DNA of 64,000 nt. Source: Octopus sinensis (taxonomy: Eukaryota). The DNA is taken from contig NC_043000.1 of the NCBI RefSeq assembly GCF_006345805.1, positions 127,844,001-127,908,000 of the forward strand, read 5' to 3'. A program made the position numbers and the translations under genes. A model generated the notes under the pieces. It saw only the letters and a program-made list of their open reading frames with translations. It was not told the origin of the DNA and did not search any database. This document shows positions 26,515-40,329 of this stretch, piece by piece; within the stretch, counting starts at the first letter, position 1; every line of letters starts with the position of its first letter.

Positions 26515-27130
26515 TTCCTTTTACTTGCTTCAGTTATTGGATTGCAGCCATGCTGGGGTACTGCCTTGAAGGGTTTAGTCAAACAAATTGACCCCAGTTC
26601 TTAATTTTGTAGTGTGCTACTTATTCCATCAGTCTCTTTCACTAATCCCTGAGTTACAAGGATGTAAACAAACCAACACCAGTTGTCAAGCAGTGAAGGG
26701 AACACAAAGACAGACAGACACACACACACAATGAACTTCCACACAGTTTCATCATCATCATCGTCGTTTAATATCCGCTTTCCATGCTAGCATGGGTTGG
26801 ACGAATGACTGAGGTCTGGCAAACCAGACAGCTGCACCAGGCTTCAATCTTGATCTGGCAGAGTTTCTACAGCTGGATGCCCTTCCTAATGCCAACCACT
26901 CCGAGAGTGTAGTGGGTGCTTTTACATGCCACCGGCACGGGGCCAGTTAGGCGGTACTGGCAACGACCTCACTCGAATCTTTTACACATGCCACCAGTAC
27001 CCACTCACAAGGCATTTGTCAGCCTGTGGCTATGGTAGAAGACACTTGTCCAAGGTGTCACACAGTGGAACTGAACCCAAAACTACATGGTTACAAAGCA
27101 TACTTTTTAACCATACGGTTATGCCAGCAC
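26515..27130 (-). mobile_element. Diverged family A SINE interrupted by a younger family B SINE (about 26752-26998)
   Basis: The family A sequence ttccacacagtttc stops, a CpG-rich family B copy follows, and family A resumes at ccactcacaagg. Confidence 0.8.
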
Positions 27131-29120
27131 CATAAAAGATGATTTTCTAAAATCTTTGGTCATAAGAAACGAAAATCAATATATAAAAAGGAAGCTATAT
27201 GTCTGACAGTGTTTGTCTTCTATCTCAACTTTCAGAATTCAAATCAACCTTGGTTTGACTTTGTCATCTGTCTGGGAACCATAAAACAACTGTAAGTACC
27301 TTCAGTTGCTTATATACACTTCCCAGTAACAAATGCTCTCATGCCTTATCAGAAGAAATCAATATTTATAAATATATATAACAACTATATATCATTTAAT
27401 GACAGAAGACTCAGAAAATAATATTTTGATTTATGTAAAATGTAACAGAGAAGAGGATAACTTTTTATAAATCGGTTTTTTTTTTTTATAGGAATTACAG
27501 TCAGGATATAAAAGATGTGGTTTAAATATAATTTCCCCTTATTTTTGCAACAGTTGGGTGATTCCAAGCTAAACTGACATAAAATCATTTCTCAAAAGCA
27601 TGTTAGATTTGAACAAGTTTCTTCATTATTTTTTTCTTGTCAGTCCTATTGCTGCTTATTTCACTTAACTTTGCAATACTGACACGGCATCATCAATAAT
27701 GTAGTCAGCAGAGCAGAAAGTTCAAGTATGGAGTAACTATGGATAACATGAAATTGCTGTCACAAGCTGCATACAGTACAAGTATTCTTAATTTGTTTCT
27801 CTTTTTATGGGTTTCTGATTGGTCAAAACTGGCATTTTGAATATACAATAAAATTTTAGTGCAATAATAACGCTATTATTTCTTCAAAACTAGATTTTAT
27901 ATATAAATAATAATAATAATAATAATAATAATACCACCGGAAATGAAGGTAGCAAAACTTCTTTAAAGAAAAATTCTACAAAAAAGACCAAACTAGAATT
28001 TTAGTCTATTAAAAGAAAGCAAATTTAGATCATAGTCCTGCTGTGAATGCATTATCATATCTTTTAACAAGTATTTTTTTTATATATATAGAAAGGTGAT
28101 GCTCCAACATAACCTCAGCCTCCAGCTGGAACCAGAAAAGGATATTGTGAAAGAGGTTTGCTTCCAAATTACATAGATTTAGGTTCAGTCCATGAGTAGC
28201 TCCTTGTGTAAGTATCTTCTACTATAGCCCCAGACAAACCAAACCCTTTTTGAGTAGCTTTGGTAGACAAAAACTAAAAGAAGCCTGTCATGTATCTGTG
28301 TGCATATGTGTGCACATGCGCATGCACTTCCTTCTTTTGACATTGGATGATTGTTGTAAATAAATGTAGTTCATTTCCTATATTCTGCAAATACATTCCT
28401 AGCCATGGGGAAATACTACCTTATTTGGAAACAGGTATGGGTTAGCGACAGGAAGGGCATCTGATCATAGAAAATTTGCCTCAAGCTCTGTCTGGCCCAA
28501 GTGATGATGGCAATTTCACATCACGTCCACTTTTGTTTTAAAGCTAACAATGTTTAAGAAATACATAGAATCAGATAAGACTCATTCACAAACTTGTATC
28601 ACCTTAAAAAAGAAAAGTAAAAATCTAGGCCTTGTAGACCATCACTAACCCTAATGAACAGCCTTATATTGATTACATTAATAAGACCAAAATTATATAA
28701 TTTAACAAATGAACTACCTGAAAGTAAAAGAAATATTCTTTCACGCTCAGAATTGCTGAACTATGGAATAAACTACTAGCTGTCAAGATAGTACACCCTT
28801 TAAAACTTCCATGCTTCCTGAAATTTGCCAACAGTACACCTGGTTCCCCACCACACGTTTCTTTTTCATCCCCATCTTTTTTTTTTTTTTCAGAGATTTT
28901 TTCAAAATTCACTTCCTGTGCATATTCTGTGTACAGTTCATGCAGTTTTGGTTACTTTTCCTGATGAGTTGCAGTGCACCTGAGCACTGTATCCAATAAG
29001 TTCATTAGACATTAGACTAAATTTAATTGTCATATCACCTGCTTTTAAGGTCGGTTATTTCAGATGTAATAATAAAACAAAAGTTGATAATTTTCTTTTT
29101 GAAAAAAGGGTCCTACTTAC

Positions 29121-29200
29121 TTCCATCTGCGGATATATTGAATCGGCGTGATATCAAGGTTGCTGGCTTTAAAAGCCATACAATACTGGTCCAGTTCGGC
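29121..29200 (-). CDS. SCFD1: SCFD1/Sly1 internal coding exon (80 nt): AELDQYCMAFKASNLDITPIQYIRRW(K)
   Basis: Acceptor ttttatgtttcag, donor gtaagt. Phase 0 in, phase 2 out. Peptide aligns with human SCFD1 ADLEQYKKALTDAGCNLNPLQYIKQWK (recalled). Confidence 0.95.
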
Positions 29201-29629
29201 CTGAAACATAAAATGTAACGAAATTTCACTTAAAGATAAAATGGTTTTAATATATTTCTTAAAATACACACAAGAAAAAGAATTTAAGCTAATATGGATT
29301 ATCCATAAGAATTGTAATGAACACCAATGATTATTACTATTATAATTATTAAGTGGTCTGTGAGATTAAGAGCTGTGGAATAAAATGTTTTGCAATATTT
29401 ATTTTGGCTCCTGACATTCTGAGTTTAATCCCAATTGGGTTAACTTTGCCCTTTATCTTTTCAGAGTCAAAATAATGTACTGGAATTGATACAACCAATT
29501 AACCCCTTCCACAACAATTTTCAGGCCCTGTGTCTATATTATAAACAATTACTAAACAACATGCAGAAACAATGGGAACATCTGCCCACCTTTAATTTGA
29601 AGCTAAACAACTAAATCATAATTGCAGCA

Positions 29630-31135
29630 TGTAAGCCATTCAAGAACAATCAAAAACTGTCAGCTTCACTTCAACATTTGAATTTCATTTGTGTCAAAAT
29701 ATTTTCATCGCTTTGAAACTGCAACCTGCTCGCTGACAAAACTTTGAAACTGCGACCAGCTCGCTGACAAAACTTTGAAACTGCGACCAGCTCGCTGACA
29801 AAACTTTGAAACTGCGACCAGCTCGCTGACAAAACTTTGAAACTGCGACCAGCTCGCTGACAAAACTTTGAAACTGCGACCAGCTCGCTGACAAAACTTT
29901 GAAACTGCGACCAGCTCGCTGACAAAACTTTGAAACTGCGACCAGCTCGCTGACAAAACTTTGAAACTGCGACCAGCTCGCTGACAAAACTTTGAAACTG
30001 CGACCAGCTCGCTGACAAAACTTTGAAACTGCGACCAGCTCGCTGACAAAACTTTGAAACTGCGACCAGCTCGCTGACAAAACTTTGAAACTGCGACCAG
30101 CTCGCTGACAAAACTTGAAACTGCGACCAGCTCGCTGACAAAACTTTGAAACTGCGACCAGCTCGCTGACAAAACTTTGAAACTGCGACCAGCTCGCTGA
30201 CAAAACTTTGAAACTGCGACCAGCTCGCTGACAAAACTTGAAACTGCGACCAGCTCGCTGACAAAACTTTGAAACTGCGACAGCTCGCTGACAAAACTTT
30301 GAAACTGCGACCAGCTCGCTGACAAAACTTTGAAACTGCGACCAGCTCGCTGACAAAACTTTGAAACTGCGACCAGCTCGCTGACAAAACTTTGAAACTG
30401 CGACCAGCTCGCTGACAAAACTTTGAAACTGCGACCAGCTCGCTGACAAAACTTTGAAACTGCGACAGCTCGCTGACAAAACTTTGAAACTGCGACCAGC
30501 TCGCTGACAAAACTTTGAAACTGCGACCAGCTCGCTGACAAAACTTTGAAACTGCGACCAGCTCGCTGACAAAACTTTGAAACTGCGACCAGCTCGCTGA
30601 CAAAACTTTGAAACTGCGACCAGCTCGCTGACAAAACTTTGAAACTGCAACCAGCTCGCTGACAAAACTTTGAAACTGCAACCAGCTCGCTGACAAAACT
30701 TTGAAACTGCGACCAGCTCGCTGACAAAACTTTGAAACTGCGACCAGCTCGCTGACAAAACTTTGAAACTGTGACCTACTTGCTGACGAAACTTTGAAAC
30801 TGTGACCAGCTCACTGACAAAACTTTGAAACTGCGACCTGCTTGCTAACAAAACTTTGAAACTGCGACCTGCTCGCTAACAAAACTTTGAAACTGCGACC
30901 TGCTCGCTAACAAAACTTTGAAACTGCGACCTGCTCACTGACAAAACTTTGAAACTGTGACCTGCTCACCGACAAAACTTTGAAATTGCGACCTGCTCAC
31001 TGACAAAACTTTGTGCAGCACAAAGTTTTGTCAGTGAACTGGTTGCGGTTTCAAAATGACAAAAATATTTTGACACAAATGAAATTTAAATGTTGAAGTA
31101 AAACTAAGTTTTTGTGTATTCTTGAATGGCTTACA
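29630..31135. mobile_element. Fold-back (palindromic) MITE with an internal tandem expansion
   Basis: About 115-bp inverted arms (tgtaagccattcaagaa...tttgtgtcaaaatatttt and its reverse complement at 31021-31135). Perfect 16-bp hairpin at 31000-31034. Possible TA target-site duplication. Confidence 0.85.
29711..31008. repeat. 31-bp tandem array, 42 units (ctttgaaactgcgaccagctcgctgacaaaa)
   Basis: 1298 bp = 42x31 minus four 1-bp deletions. No spacers. Source of ORFs 29671-30696, 29694-30851 and 29705-30727. Confidence 0.97.
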
Positions 31136-32839
31136 AACATTTTTGTTTCAGCACACAATCTCAGATCAAGTCACAGGCGATGCAAGTACATCTCCAACAA
31201 CTAAATGTTTCATGGAATTTGTATAGGGCTTAATTCCAAAATATAACCAGATTTTCCCCATAACATTGAGAGGCTAGGTCCAAGTTTGTACCATAAACTA
31301 GGGGAAAGTGATGTGAATTCTTTCATTTTAAACATATTCAATCCAGGCACTTCTCACATTTTCTAGAATGTTTTAGAAAACATTTCTCTAATCTTTACTT
31401 ATTCTTTGCATGTGCACTTCCTGAATTCTACAATGAAAACCTAGCTTAAAAGACCATTAACTGATGCATTACCAAAAACAAGCACTAGATTTGGTCATGA
31501 AATCTAGATAGATAACTTCTTACAAATAGTGAATGTAGCTAAAGTGTGTCAATATCCTTAAAATATTTTTAAGGAAACAACTATATTATCCAAAAGTATG
31601 GGAACGAAATTTGCCTAGTGGGTGCAAACACAGGTCCAACCCAGGATGTTGAAAGTGTTCTCATTGTCCCGCAAAAATTTAAGGGGTTGCGTTTGTTCCC
31701 TCTGCACCTCCTCTTCACAAGCATATGATATTATCACAACCATGTTACATATCTAAGATTACATTTGATAGAGTTTGACTACATTACTCCTAGTATTCCT
31801 CCAATAAAACTCATTTAAAAGAAATACTCCCTTTCAAGGTCTGATCATGAGATATATCATGGCAGCAATTATGAGCATTAAATAAATGCATAAAATTAAA
31901 AGGGTTAAAATCATACAAAGTCTACTTGATTTAACTTAGTATAAAAACTGTGTTTCCATAGAGTAGACTGGGAGTAGAGCTGTGTGTATGTCAAGAAATG
32001 TAGAATATTGCAGCTAAATGGCCTCCTATTAGCAAATACACTAGTATTCACTTCGTAACATCCATCAGATGCCAAAGACTCTTTGTGGTACTAGAAGGCA
32101 TATTTACTGAAGTAAAGTCAACAACTAGAGCTTGGTGATTGGCAACTGGCCAGAGATTACTATGGAAGAAAGCGAAAGTGTTGGAAAGTTTGGTTACAAA
32201 CCAAAACAGAAACAGGATGTTACGTCAGAACATACAGGTAAGTGATTAGACACAGTTGAAACAGACTTAGACACACACACACACAAAATTGGGGAGACAG
32301 GGACAGGTAAAGCTTTCTTCCCCAGTAGTACAAATAAACAAACTTTTTTTTAATGGAAACTGTTACAGGAATTTAATCAAAATACCAGAGAAAGAGAACA
32401 AAAATGGCTGTCAGACAGATATACAATTGTAGTTAAAATAAATAAGGATGCCTCTACATGGTCACTCAACTTGCAATAAATACCAACCAAATTTCCCTCA
32501 AATTACATCCTACTGACAAAATATATATATAGATATAAGAGGTGAGGACTGAAATCCTTCAAAGGGATGTCAAACATCCAAATCTGCCAATACAATCCAA
32601 GTAAAGAATATATATAAAAATATATATTCAGTATTTGCAAAAACAGTAAATGAAGAATAAGGAAAGGAAAAATTGTATATGTAGACGATCTTTAATTCAA
32701 TTCATAATCCAAGTTGGTACAGAGCCAATATACATTCTATAAATTGCTTCAGAGTCTAATTAATTCCAAAGACAGAAACAAAAAACTCTTCATGAAATAA
32801 AAATTAGATAATTCGTCAGGAATTACATACATACATACA

Positions 32840-33160
32840 CATCATCATCATCATCATCATTTAGCATCCGCTTTCCATGCTAGCATGGGTTGGACGGTTC
32901 AAGTGGGGTCTGGGAGGCCAGAAGGCTGCACCAGGCCCAGTCTGATCTGGCAATGTTTCTACGGCTGGATGCCCTTCCTAATGCCAACCATTCCATGAAT
33001 GTAGTGGGTGCTTTTTACGTGCCACTGGCACAGGTGCCAGATGGGGCTGGCAAACGGCCACGGTCGGATGGTGCTTTTTACGCGCCACTGGCACGGGGGC
33101 CAGGTGTGGCTGGCAATGGCCATGATCGGATGGTGCTTTTTACGGGCCACCGGCACGGGG
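32840..33160 (-). mobile_element. Family B SINE with an internal tandem module
   Basis: (cat)n tttagcatccgctttccatgctagc... followed by three ggtgctttttac repeats. Confidence 0.88.
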
Positions 33161-34234
33161 GAGCATATAGTATAATTATAAACAGGGCAAATTTTAGCCA
33201 TTTCTCTGCAGACTGAAGAAATGAACAACCTTAATTTTCACACCTTATTGGGTTCTCATCAGAGGCTTCTACATCATTTTGATAGTCTCCAGAGAAACAA
33301 GCAGCCCAACTGTTTATATACTCAAAAAATGCTGCAGTTACTCTATGAAGGAGTCCCTAATTTACATACCGAAAGTGTTTAACACTATAAATACCAGTGG
33401 CCTATGAACGGGGATCTTAGTCCACACAGTATCAAGGTATGATATAGTACATATGTGACATATGGTATAATTATAAACAGAGCAAATTTTAGTTATTTCT
33501 CCACAGACAGTACAGTGTAGTCTGTAATAATCTATGCTTGGAAAGACAAACTGGTTATGACTAGAATGTCTGATCAAAAGTCTTCTGGTTCCTAGTTGAC
33601 CTAGAGCTAAAGAACAACATGTGGATAATAAAAATAAAAAAGTAGTAAATCTTCAGTCTTTAGATCTAAAATGAAAAGGCCAAGAATATTATTACAATAG
33701 AGATAAAGAATTAGACTTTAATCCAAACTCAATTGTTACTTAATATGAGTATAAATTGAAACATTATCTGTTAAACTACAGTAAGAAACAATCTTGTTCT
33801 GAAAATATTCCAGATACTCACAGTATGAGTTTAATTTGTTTCATGACCAAGCTTGTCTTATGATTTACTCAGTTTACAAATAAATTTTCCCCATTGAAAT
33901 TAACTAAAATATAAATAATCCATCCCAGCCCCCAAAAACCAATCAAAAATAATTTTTTATAGGTTTTAAAACAGAAAAGGTGTAGTTACAAGTAAAATGA
34001 CAGTTATAAAAAATGGGAATGCAAAAGAAATACATAAACTGGTTTTATTAACTGAATTACCTTAAAGATGGGACAATTTGTGTGCTTGTAATGCGGATTT
34101 CCGCTCACACTTCAAGACAAAAATTTGCACGAGTCTCAGCTCGTACGCAAATTATTCATACAATGGGGCACTCATACTGTGAGGTTCTATTGTACTTTGA
34201 AATCGCAATATAGATATCAATATATCATACTGGT

Positions 34235-35580
34235 TTCAAATTTTGGCGGAAGGCCGGCAATTTTGGGAAAGGGGGTAATTCAATTACATCGACCCCCAGT
34301 GCTCAACTTGCACTTATTTTATTGATCTTGAAAGGATGAAAGGCAAAGTCAGCATTGGTAGGATCTGAACTCAGAATGTAAAGACAGATTAAATACTCCT
34401 AAACATTTTACCTGGTCTGCAAATGACTCTGCCAGCTTCCCACCTTAAATATATTTTATGAAATTCTATAAGAGTGTGAGGATTCATCCAGCAATACCCG
34501 AGAAATAATGAGAAGAATTGGTGGCCAATTCCTAATTCCACATAAATTTATTATGTTTATTTCAATCATAACATGTGTCTGTGTGTCTGCAGAGAGAGAG
34601 ACACAGACAGGCGTGCTTTTTTTTGGTTTAGATAAGAAAAGAATGGATGGCCATGGCTAGAATGTTTCTGACCCTAGGTCTGTTCAGTCATGGGCCAATG
34701 TGGGGCTAAACAACAACTGTATTTCTGGCACCTGATATATGTGATTAAAAAATTAAACAAAAGTGCCGAACTATCATTAATAACTTTATGATCAAAACAA
34801 AAACCTACATTTGTGAGATTCATGGAAAATGTGCCAATGGTTAAACAACAATGGTTAAAAGACTTAACCATGTATGACATATTTTGTAGCTAGCAGAAAG
34901 AATGTAAGTAGTAATAATAATGGTTTCAAATTTTGCCACAAGGACAGCCATTTGGGGGAAGGAACTAGTTGACCGCATCAACCCCAGTGTTTCACTGGTA
35001 CTTAATTTATCAATTCCGAAACGATGAAAGTCAAAGTCAACCTTGGCAGAATTTGAACTCAGAATGTAAAGACAGACGAAATACCACTAAGCATTTCACC
35101 CAGCGTGCTAAAGATTCTGTCAGCTCACTACCTTCATCATCATCATAATAATAATAATAATCCTTTCTACTATAGGCACAAGGCCTGAAATTTGGGGCGG
35201 GGGATAGTCAATTACATTGACTCCAGTTTTCAACTAGTACTTGATTTATCAATCCCAAAAGGATGAAAGGCAAAGTCGACCTCGGCAGAATTTGAACTCA
35301 GAATGTAGTGACAGACGAAATACTACTAAGCATTTCGCTTGGCATTCTAATGATTCTGCCAGCTCACCACCTTAATAATAATAATGGTTCCTAATGTTGG
35401 TACAGGGTTAGCAGTTTTTAAGGTGAGTGAGAAGTCAATTAGATCAACTCAAGTATTTGACTGATGCTTATTTTAACAGCACCAAAAGGATGGAATTTGA
35501 GCTCAGAAAAAAGCCAGATAAAATACCACTGAGCATTATGTCCAGCATGCTAAAACTTCTGCTAGTTAACTGCTATAATA
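34235..35580 (-). mobile_element. Cluster of four same-orientation family C SINEs
   Basis: Copies at about 34235-34447, 34920-35133, 35160-35373 and 35388-35575, three separated only by (AAT)n. Confidence 0.82.
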
Positions 35581-36250
35581 ATAATAATAATCAACATGAA
35601 AGGAGCAATAGGAAATAGAATGTTTAAAAGAAAGCTGAAAGTAATTCTTATTTTATTGTTTAGTAATCTTTGAAGTTATTAAATATGATATCTGTTTGAA
35701 ATGTTTGAGTAGCCGAGTATTATAATCCATCCAGGGAACAAATGGTCATTCAATATTACACAGAGTATTGTTTCGTTTAATCTACTTTGCTGGCTAAATA
35801 TTCTTCATAAAAGGGGTTACCCATACCAATCTCTTTCTCTCTCTCTCTCTCTCATCACAAACACACGCTCACACGTGCAAGCAAATACTTACAGATTATA
35901 TGGTGCTTGGCACCGAACTGTGAAGGAAGGTTAATACATCTAGCAGGAAACTTTTTGACAGAAATAAGTGTACACACCAATTTAGAAACATTAGTCAGAC
36001 ACTGTTTTCCTCAACTTCGTATTTTGCAGTTATTTTCAGACACAATCAACTACTTCTTAGATCACTTAGCCAATTAAAATTTACACAATATCCAAACACA
36101 ATGGAATTATATATAATCTATGCCCTCACTTGTTTTACTCCTTTTGTCTAATTAGAATGAAAAAAATATAGATATACAAATGAATTTCTTATACATATAT
36201 ATATATATATATATATATAAGTATTGGGGGTGATGTACAGATTTAATACA

Positions 36251-36474
36251 TATGAAAGAAAAAGGCATTCAGAATGCTGGATGGTTGTAAAAATATATAT
36301 TTATTTACATATCACATATTATTTCTTCATATTTCAACTACTACTGTAGTCTCATCATTTCTGATGAGACTACAGTAGTAGTCGAAAGCGCTAAAAAATA
36401 TGAAGAAATAATATGTGATATGTAAATAAATATATATTTTTTTACAACCATCCAGCATTCTGAACACCTTTTTC

Positions 36475-36482
<8 letters not shown>
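36251..36482. mobile_element. Palindromic insertion (~230 bp) carrying a hammerhead motif
   Basis: Arms 36251-36357 and 36362-36482 are near-perfect reverse complements. (TA)n tracts at about 36188-36219 and 36479-36508. Confidence 0.85.
36358..36397 (+). ncRNA. Candidate minimal type I hammerhead ribozyme
   Basis: ttt-CTGATGA-GACTAC agta GTAGTC-GAA-AGCGCT-A-aaa: intact core, perfect 6-bp stem II, palindromic stem III, CUA cleavage triplet. Stem I is only 3 bp. Confidence 0.7.
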
Positions 36483-36519
<37 letters not shown>

Positions 36520-39500
36520 TACACACACACACACATATATATGGTTTTCTGTACTTCAGAAGACATGTCAAAGTAAGCAAAATCATGGCTGTCCTTGCAT
36601 ACAGCCATGTCCCCTACATCCCTTTTCAGCTGTGTGATCCTGATCTTGCAGACTAATGGGGTACTGGTACCATGTAAAAAGCACCCATACTTGTGCCATG
36701 TATAAGTGCCAGTGTCCTATAAAAGCACCCAGTACACTCAGTAAAGTGGTTGACATTAGGAAGGACATCCAGTCATAAAAATCATGCCAAAACTCAGAGT
36801 AGCATTACTGTGAATTTATGTAACCTAGTAAATTGATAATTAAGAACTGATAAAATAAGTACTGCACTGAGGATGATTAGATTGACTAAAACCCTTGAAG
36901 GCAGTACTCCAGCATGGCCAGAGTCCAAAACTTAAAACAGTAAAAGAATAAAAGGAAAAATACCAGTATCTTTTTTTAAAAGAATCTGAAAAAAAATTCC
37001 AGAAATCTGAAAACTTAAATATATAACATTTACAAGAATATGTGTATCAAACATAAATTAGAATCCCCATTAAATAATTTCATTACAAGTATTGAAATTA
37101 TTTATAATTTCATTGATGTTTGTCCCCTACAATCTTAATTAGGGTGATTCAGATCTGAAGACAATCTTTTATCCCCACCACTGATGCTTTTCGGATTGGG
37201 TAATGTCCAGCACATTGTTGTCTCATTTCAGTACACCCTCTGGAATATAGTCACTAATAATTCTTAGGAATTTTCTTTCAGCACCGAAGATCTGATGAAG
37301 CTCTATTATTGTTCACAATTGCTTTGAATAGCAATAATTTCTAACATTGCTACAGGACCACCCATTTGTGTTCATTAGCTGAACAGTACCTCATGACCAT
37401 TTAAACATCCCTATTTCTATGTTGGCATAACTTAGATGGTTCAACAGAAACCAGTGAGCTAGAAGGCTGTGCCAAGCTTCAATGTCTGCTTTGGCATGCT
37501 TTCTGTGGCTGTATGCCCTTCCTTATGTCAACCATTTTACAGAGTGTACTGGGTGCTTTTTTCTCGTGGTACCAGTACCCATTTATAAACACCACAAGGA
37601 TTTAATAAAAGAAACACAGAAGACATTTGTTGCATCTGAACCTTAAATGCAGAGGAACAAAACTAAACACTACTCCACTGACCTTCTTCCAAGGCATTTA
37701 AAAATTCTCACATTTCTTTTACTAATAAATTCATAGCCAATAAGCATCTGGCATATTTATAATTAATACAGCATTTTTGTTATTAACACAAGTACAATAC
37801 AGTCACCCAACAAGTATGGCTTGGTAACATAAGCACAGAGGTACCTAAAACAGTTAGTGAAAGTATTATATAAGCAGACTTGCTCATGACTCAACAGCGC
37901 CATACTTGCTCATGACTCAACAGAATGTCCAGGATGTGACAGCAGGAAGGAGAGAGAGAGAGAGAGAGAGAGAGATGAACCAGCACCCAGCTTGTAGACG
38001 TTTACAGCTGAATTGATTGTAGCAACATGGAATGAAATGCATTACTCAAGGACACAACATAAAATTGTGGGTTCAACTCCTGGATTGGTCAGCATTCATG
38101 TCCACATAGGAGGTTTTCAAAATCTCCATTCATGGAAGAAGTGCAGGTGTGGTGTCAAGGGGGGGTCAGTGCAGATAACCCCTGCTGTAAGGTTATGGAG
38201 GAATGAAGAATGATACCTAAATACAGAAGTAATGGCAAATATGTCATTATTGTACTAAAAAGGTACAAATGATGTAACTGCACTTCAGATGTATATACCA
38301 GAGTCGCAGGGATAGGAGTACATGTTGCAAAGCAGAAATTGGGCATGAAACTTCTAATCTAAGACAAATGGAAGCCATAGGTGAACAACTATACAATTAC
38401 ATGAAATTATACAATATACATTTAAAAAACTTTAGTAAAAGCAACAATGATGCCTTTAATATCAAAGTTCTCAAGGCCAGAAACCCACTGGTATGACATA
38501 GGAAAGTCACTTGTAGATATGGCTCAAAGAGGAACAAAACTAGTGATTACTTAGAAGATGGGAGATAAAAAAATTTCGGCATTGTAGATAAGAGGATAGT
38601 AACTGGCAATGTCAAAGAAATTGCCCTTCTTCAGGATGGGGTTTACTGTATTGTGTTTCTAGAGATTGACCATAAGTTTAATGAGAACAGAAACTAGGTC
38701 TGTAACAGACTGTAATTATTATAATAGAAAGAACACTTTAATAATTAAGCAAGCAGCAGGCTAATGCATACATAATGATACTCATAATACTCTCATGAAA
38801 GAAACTTTATTTTTTTACTGTTTGTTTTAATGCAATCATTTTTTCATAATGGTGCAAGGGCTTTTAACAATTTTCAACAATATTGGAATAATAGATTTTA
38901 TATACGTGTGTGTGTGTTGCTGTCTCCTTGCCTTAACATCATGAAATAATTGTAAATGACTATCACCATCCTACAAGCAGTGTCCATTGCTTCCAGTCTT
39001 CCATCAAAACATGTCTGATCATGGAGAAATATTACCTTAAGTGGAAACACATGAAGGTCGGTGACAGAAAGGGCATCCAGTCCTCAAAAATGCACCTCAA
39101 CAAGTTCTGTCTGAATCATGCAAGCATGGAAAAGTGGACGTTAAAATGATGATGGTGGTGGTGAATACATAATGTTAGCTGTGACCACATTTATGAATTG
39201 TTTTAATTTAATCTTTTGATGAATGATTTAGCTTATGGTTCATACTTGCTAGCAATTTCTACCTGTGTCAGTTTGTTTGTCTGTTGTCTCTCTAGCACAC
39301 ACACACAACTGATAAATAAACACTTGAAATAAAGATATTTTAAAAGACAATCAGTGTATCATAAGACCGATTATCATTAAGATTAATACTCTTAAGATTG
39401 ATGGCCAAATGACTGATATAAGATTGGTAATGATATTGACATGATAAATTAATAGTCATAAGGTCAGTAATATTAAGTTTGGTAGTCATAAGATTAATAA

Positions 39501-40329
39501 TTAAGCAATTGACACTCAAAGATTAATAATAGCAACATTGGTAATCCTAAATAAATTAACTCAAAATAAAAGAACAAGGTTAAATGACATCTCTCTGTTG
39601 CTCTCGCACACACACATACACACAAAAAGTTTACCAAAGTAGAATCTATAATCTACCTCCTATTCTTTTAATAAAGCACAGCCAAAGAAAACAAAAGCCA
39701 AAAAAAGAAAATTCTGTGCAGGAAGAATTGAATCTGAAATCTTCAAATGTCAGAGTCTAACAACAATAAAGTATTTGAAATTCTGTGAGCTTAGAATTGC
39801 TATAAATCATATCATGACTATCAGAAGTTTCAGCAGAGAATAACAAGTCCTGGCTTGTAGAATGAGAAAGACATGAATATAGAAAGCAGAGAGATCAGAG
39901 AAAGATAAACACAGAAATACACTTCATTCCAACCTTGTTTATGGCAGTGAGAGAGATAAACAGACACAATCACTGGATAAACGTATCTGGAATTCAGAGA
40001 AAATTGTGACAGTGTGTGAGCAACAATAAGTGGGAGAGTTTGTACATGAGTTCAATAGGTTCAGTTGCTGTCAGGAATGAAGGAGAATTTAATGTTTTGG
40101 GCCTATGTCATTCATCAGACAATTTATCATGGTTACTAAAACTTTCATGACAGAGAATAGGACAAATATGTTTAAAGATATAGAGAGCTAAGCTGAAAAG
40201 GGAGGTAAATGGGAGGGAAGGTTGGTAAGGAGAGGAAACAGTAAAAAGATGAAATATAAAGACTAATAAACAGAGTGAGAGGTAAAAACACAAGTATACA
40301 GTTAAGTATATAGTTGACTGATGTTCACA

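Noticed and set aside
28650-28717. Minus-strand exon candidate (acceptor ttttactttcag, donor gttagt)
   Set aside because: Not needed for the SCFD1 frame, gives an immediate stop (AAG TAG), has a weak donor and no homology.
29711-31008. CRISPR array or repetitive protein (ORFs of 340-385 aa)
   Set aside because: Head-to-tail 31-bp units with no unique spacers, no cas genes and a eukaryotic intron context. The ORFs are just a stop-free repeat.
33600-33675. Possible SCFD1 EDKMRLFLIYY exon (reads DLKTEDLLLFYFYY)
   Set aside because: The alignment needs a gap, there is an in-frame stop and no proper donor.
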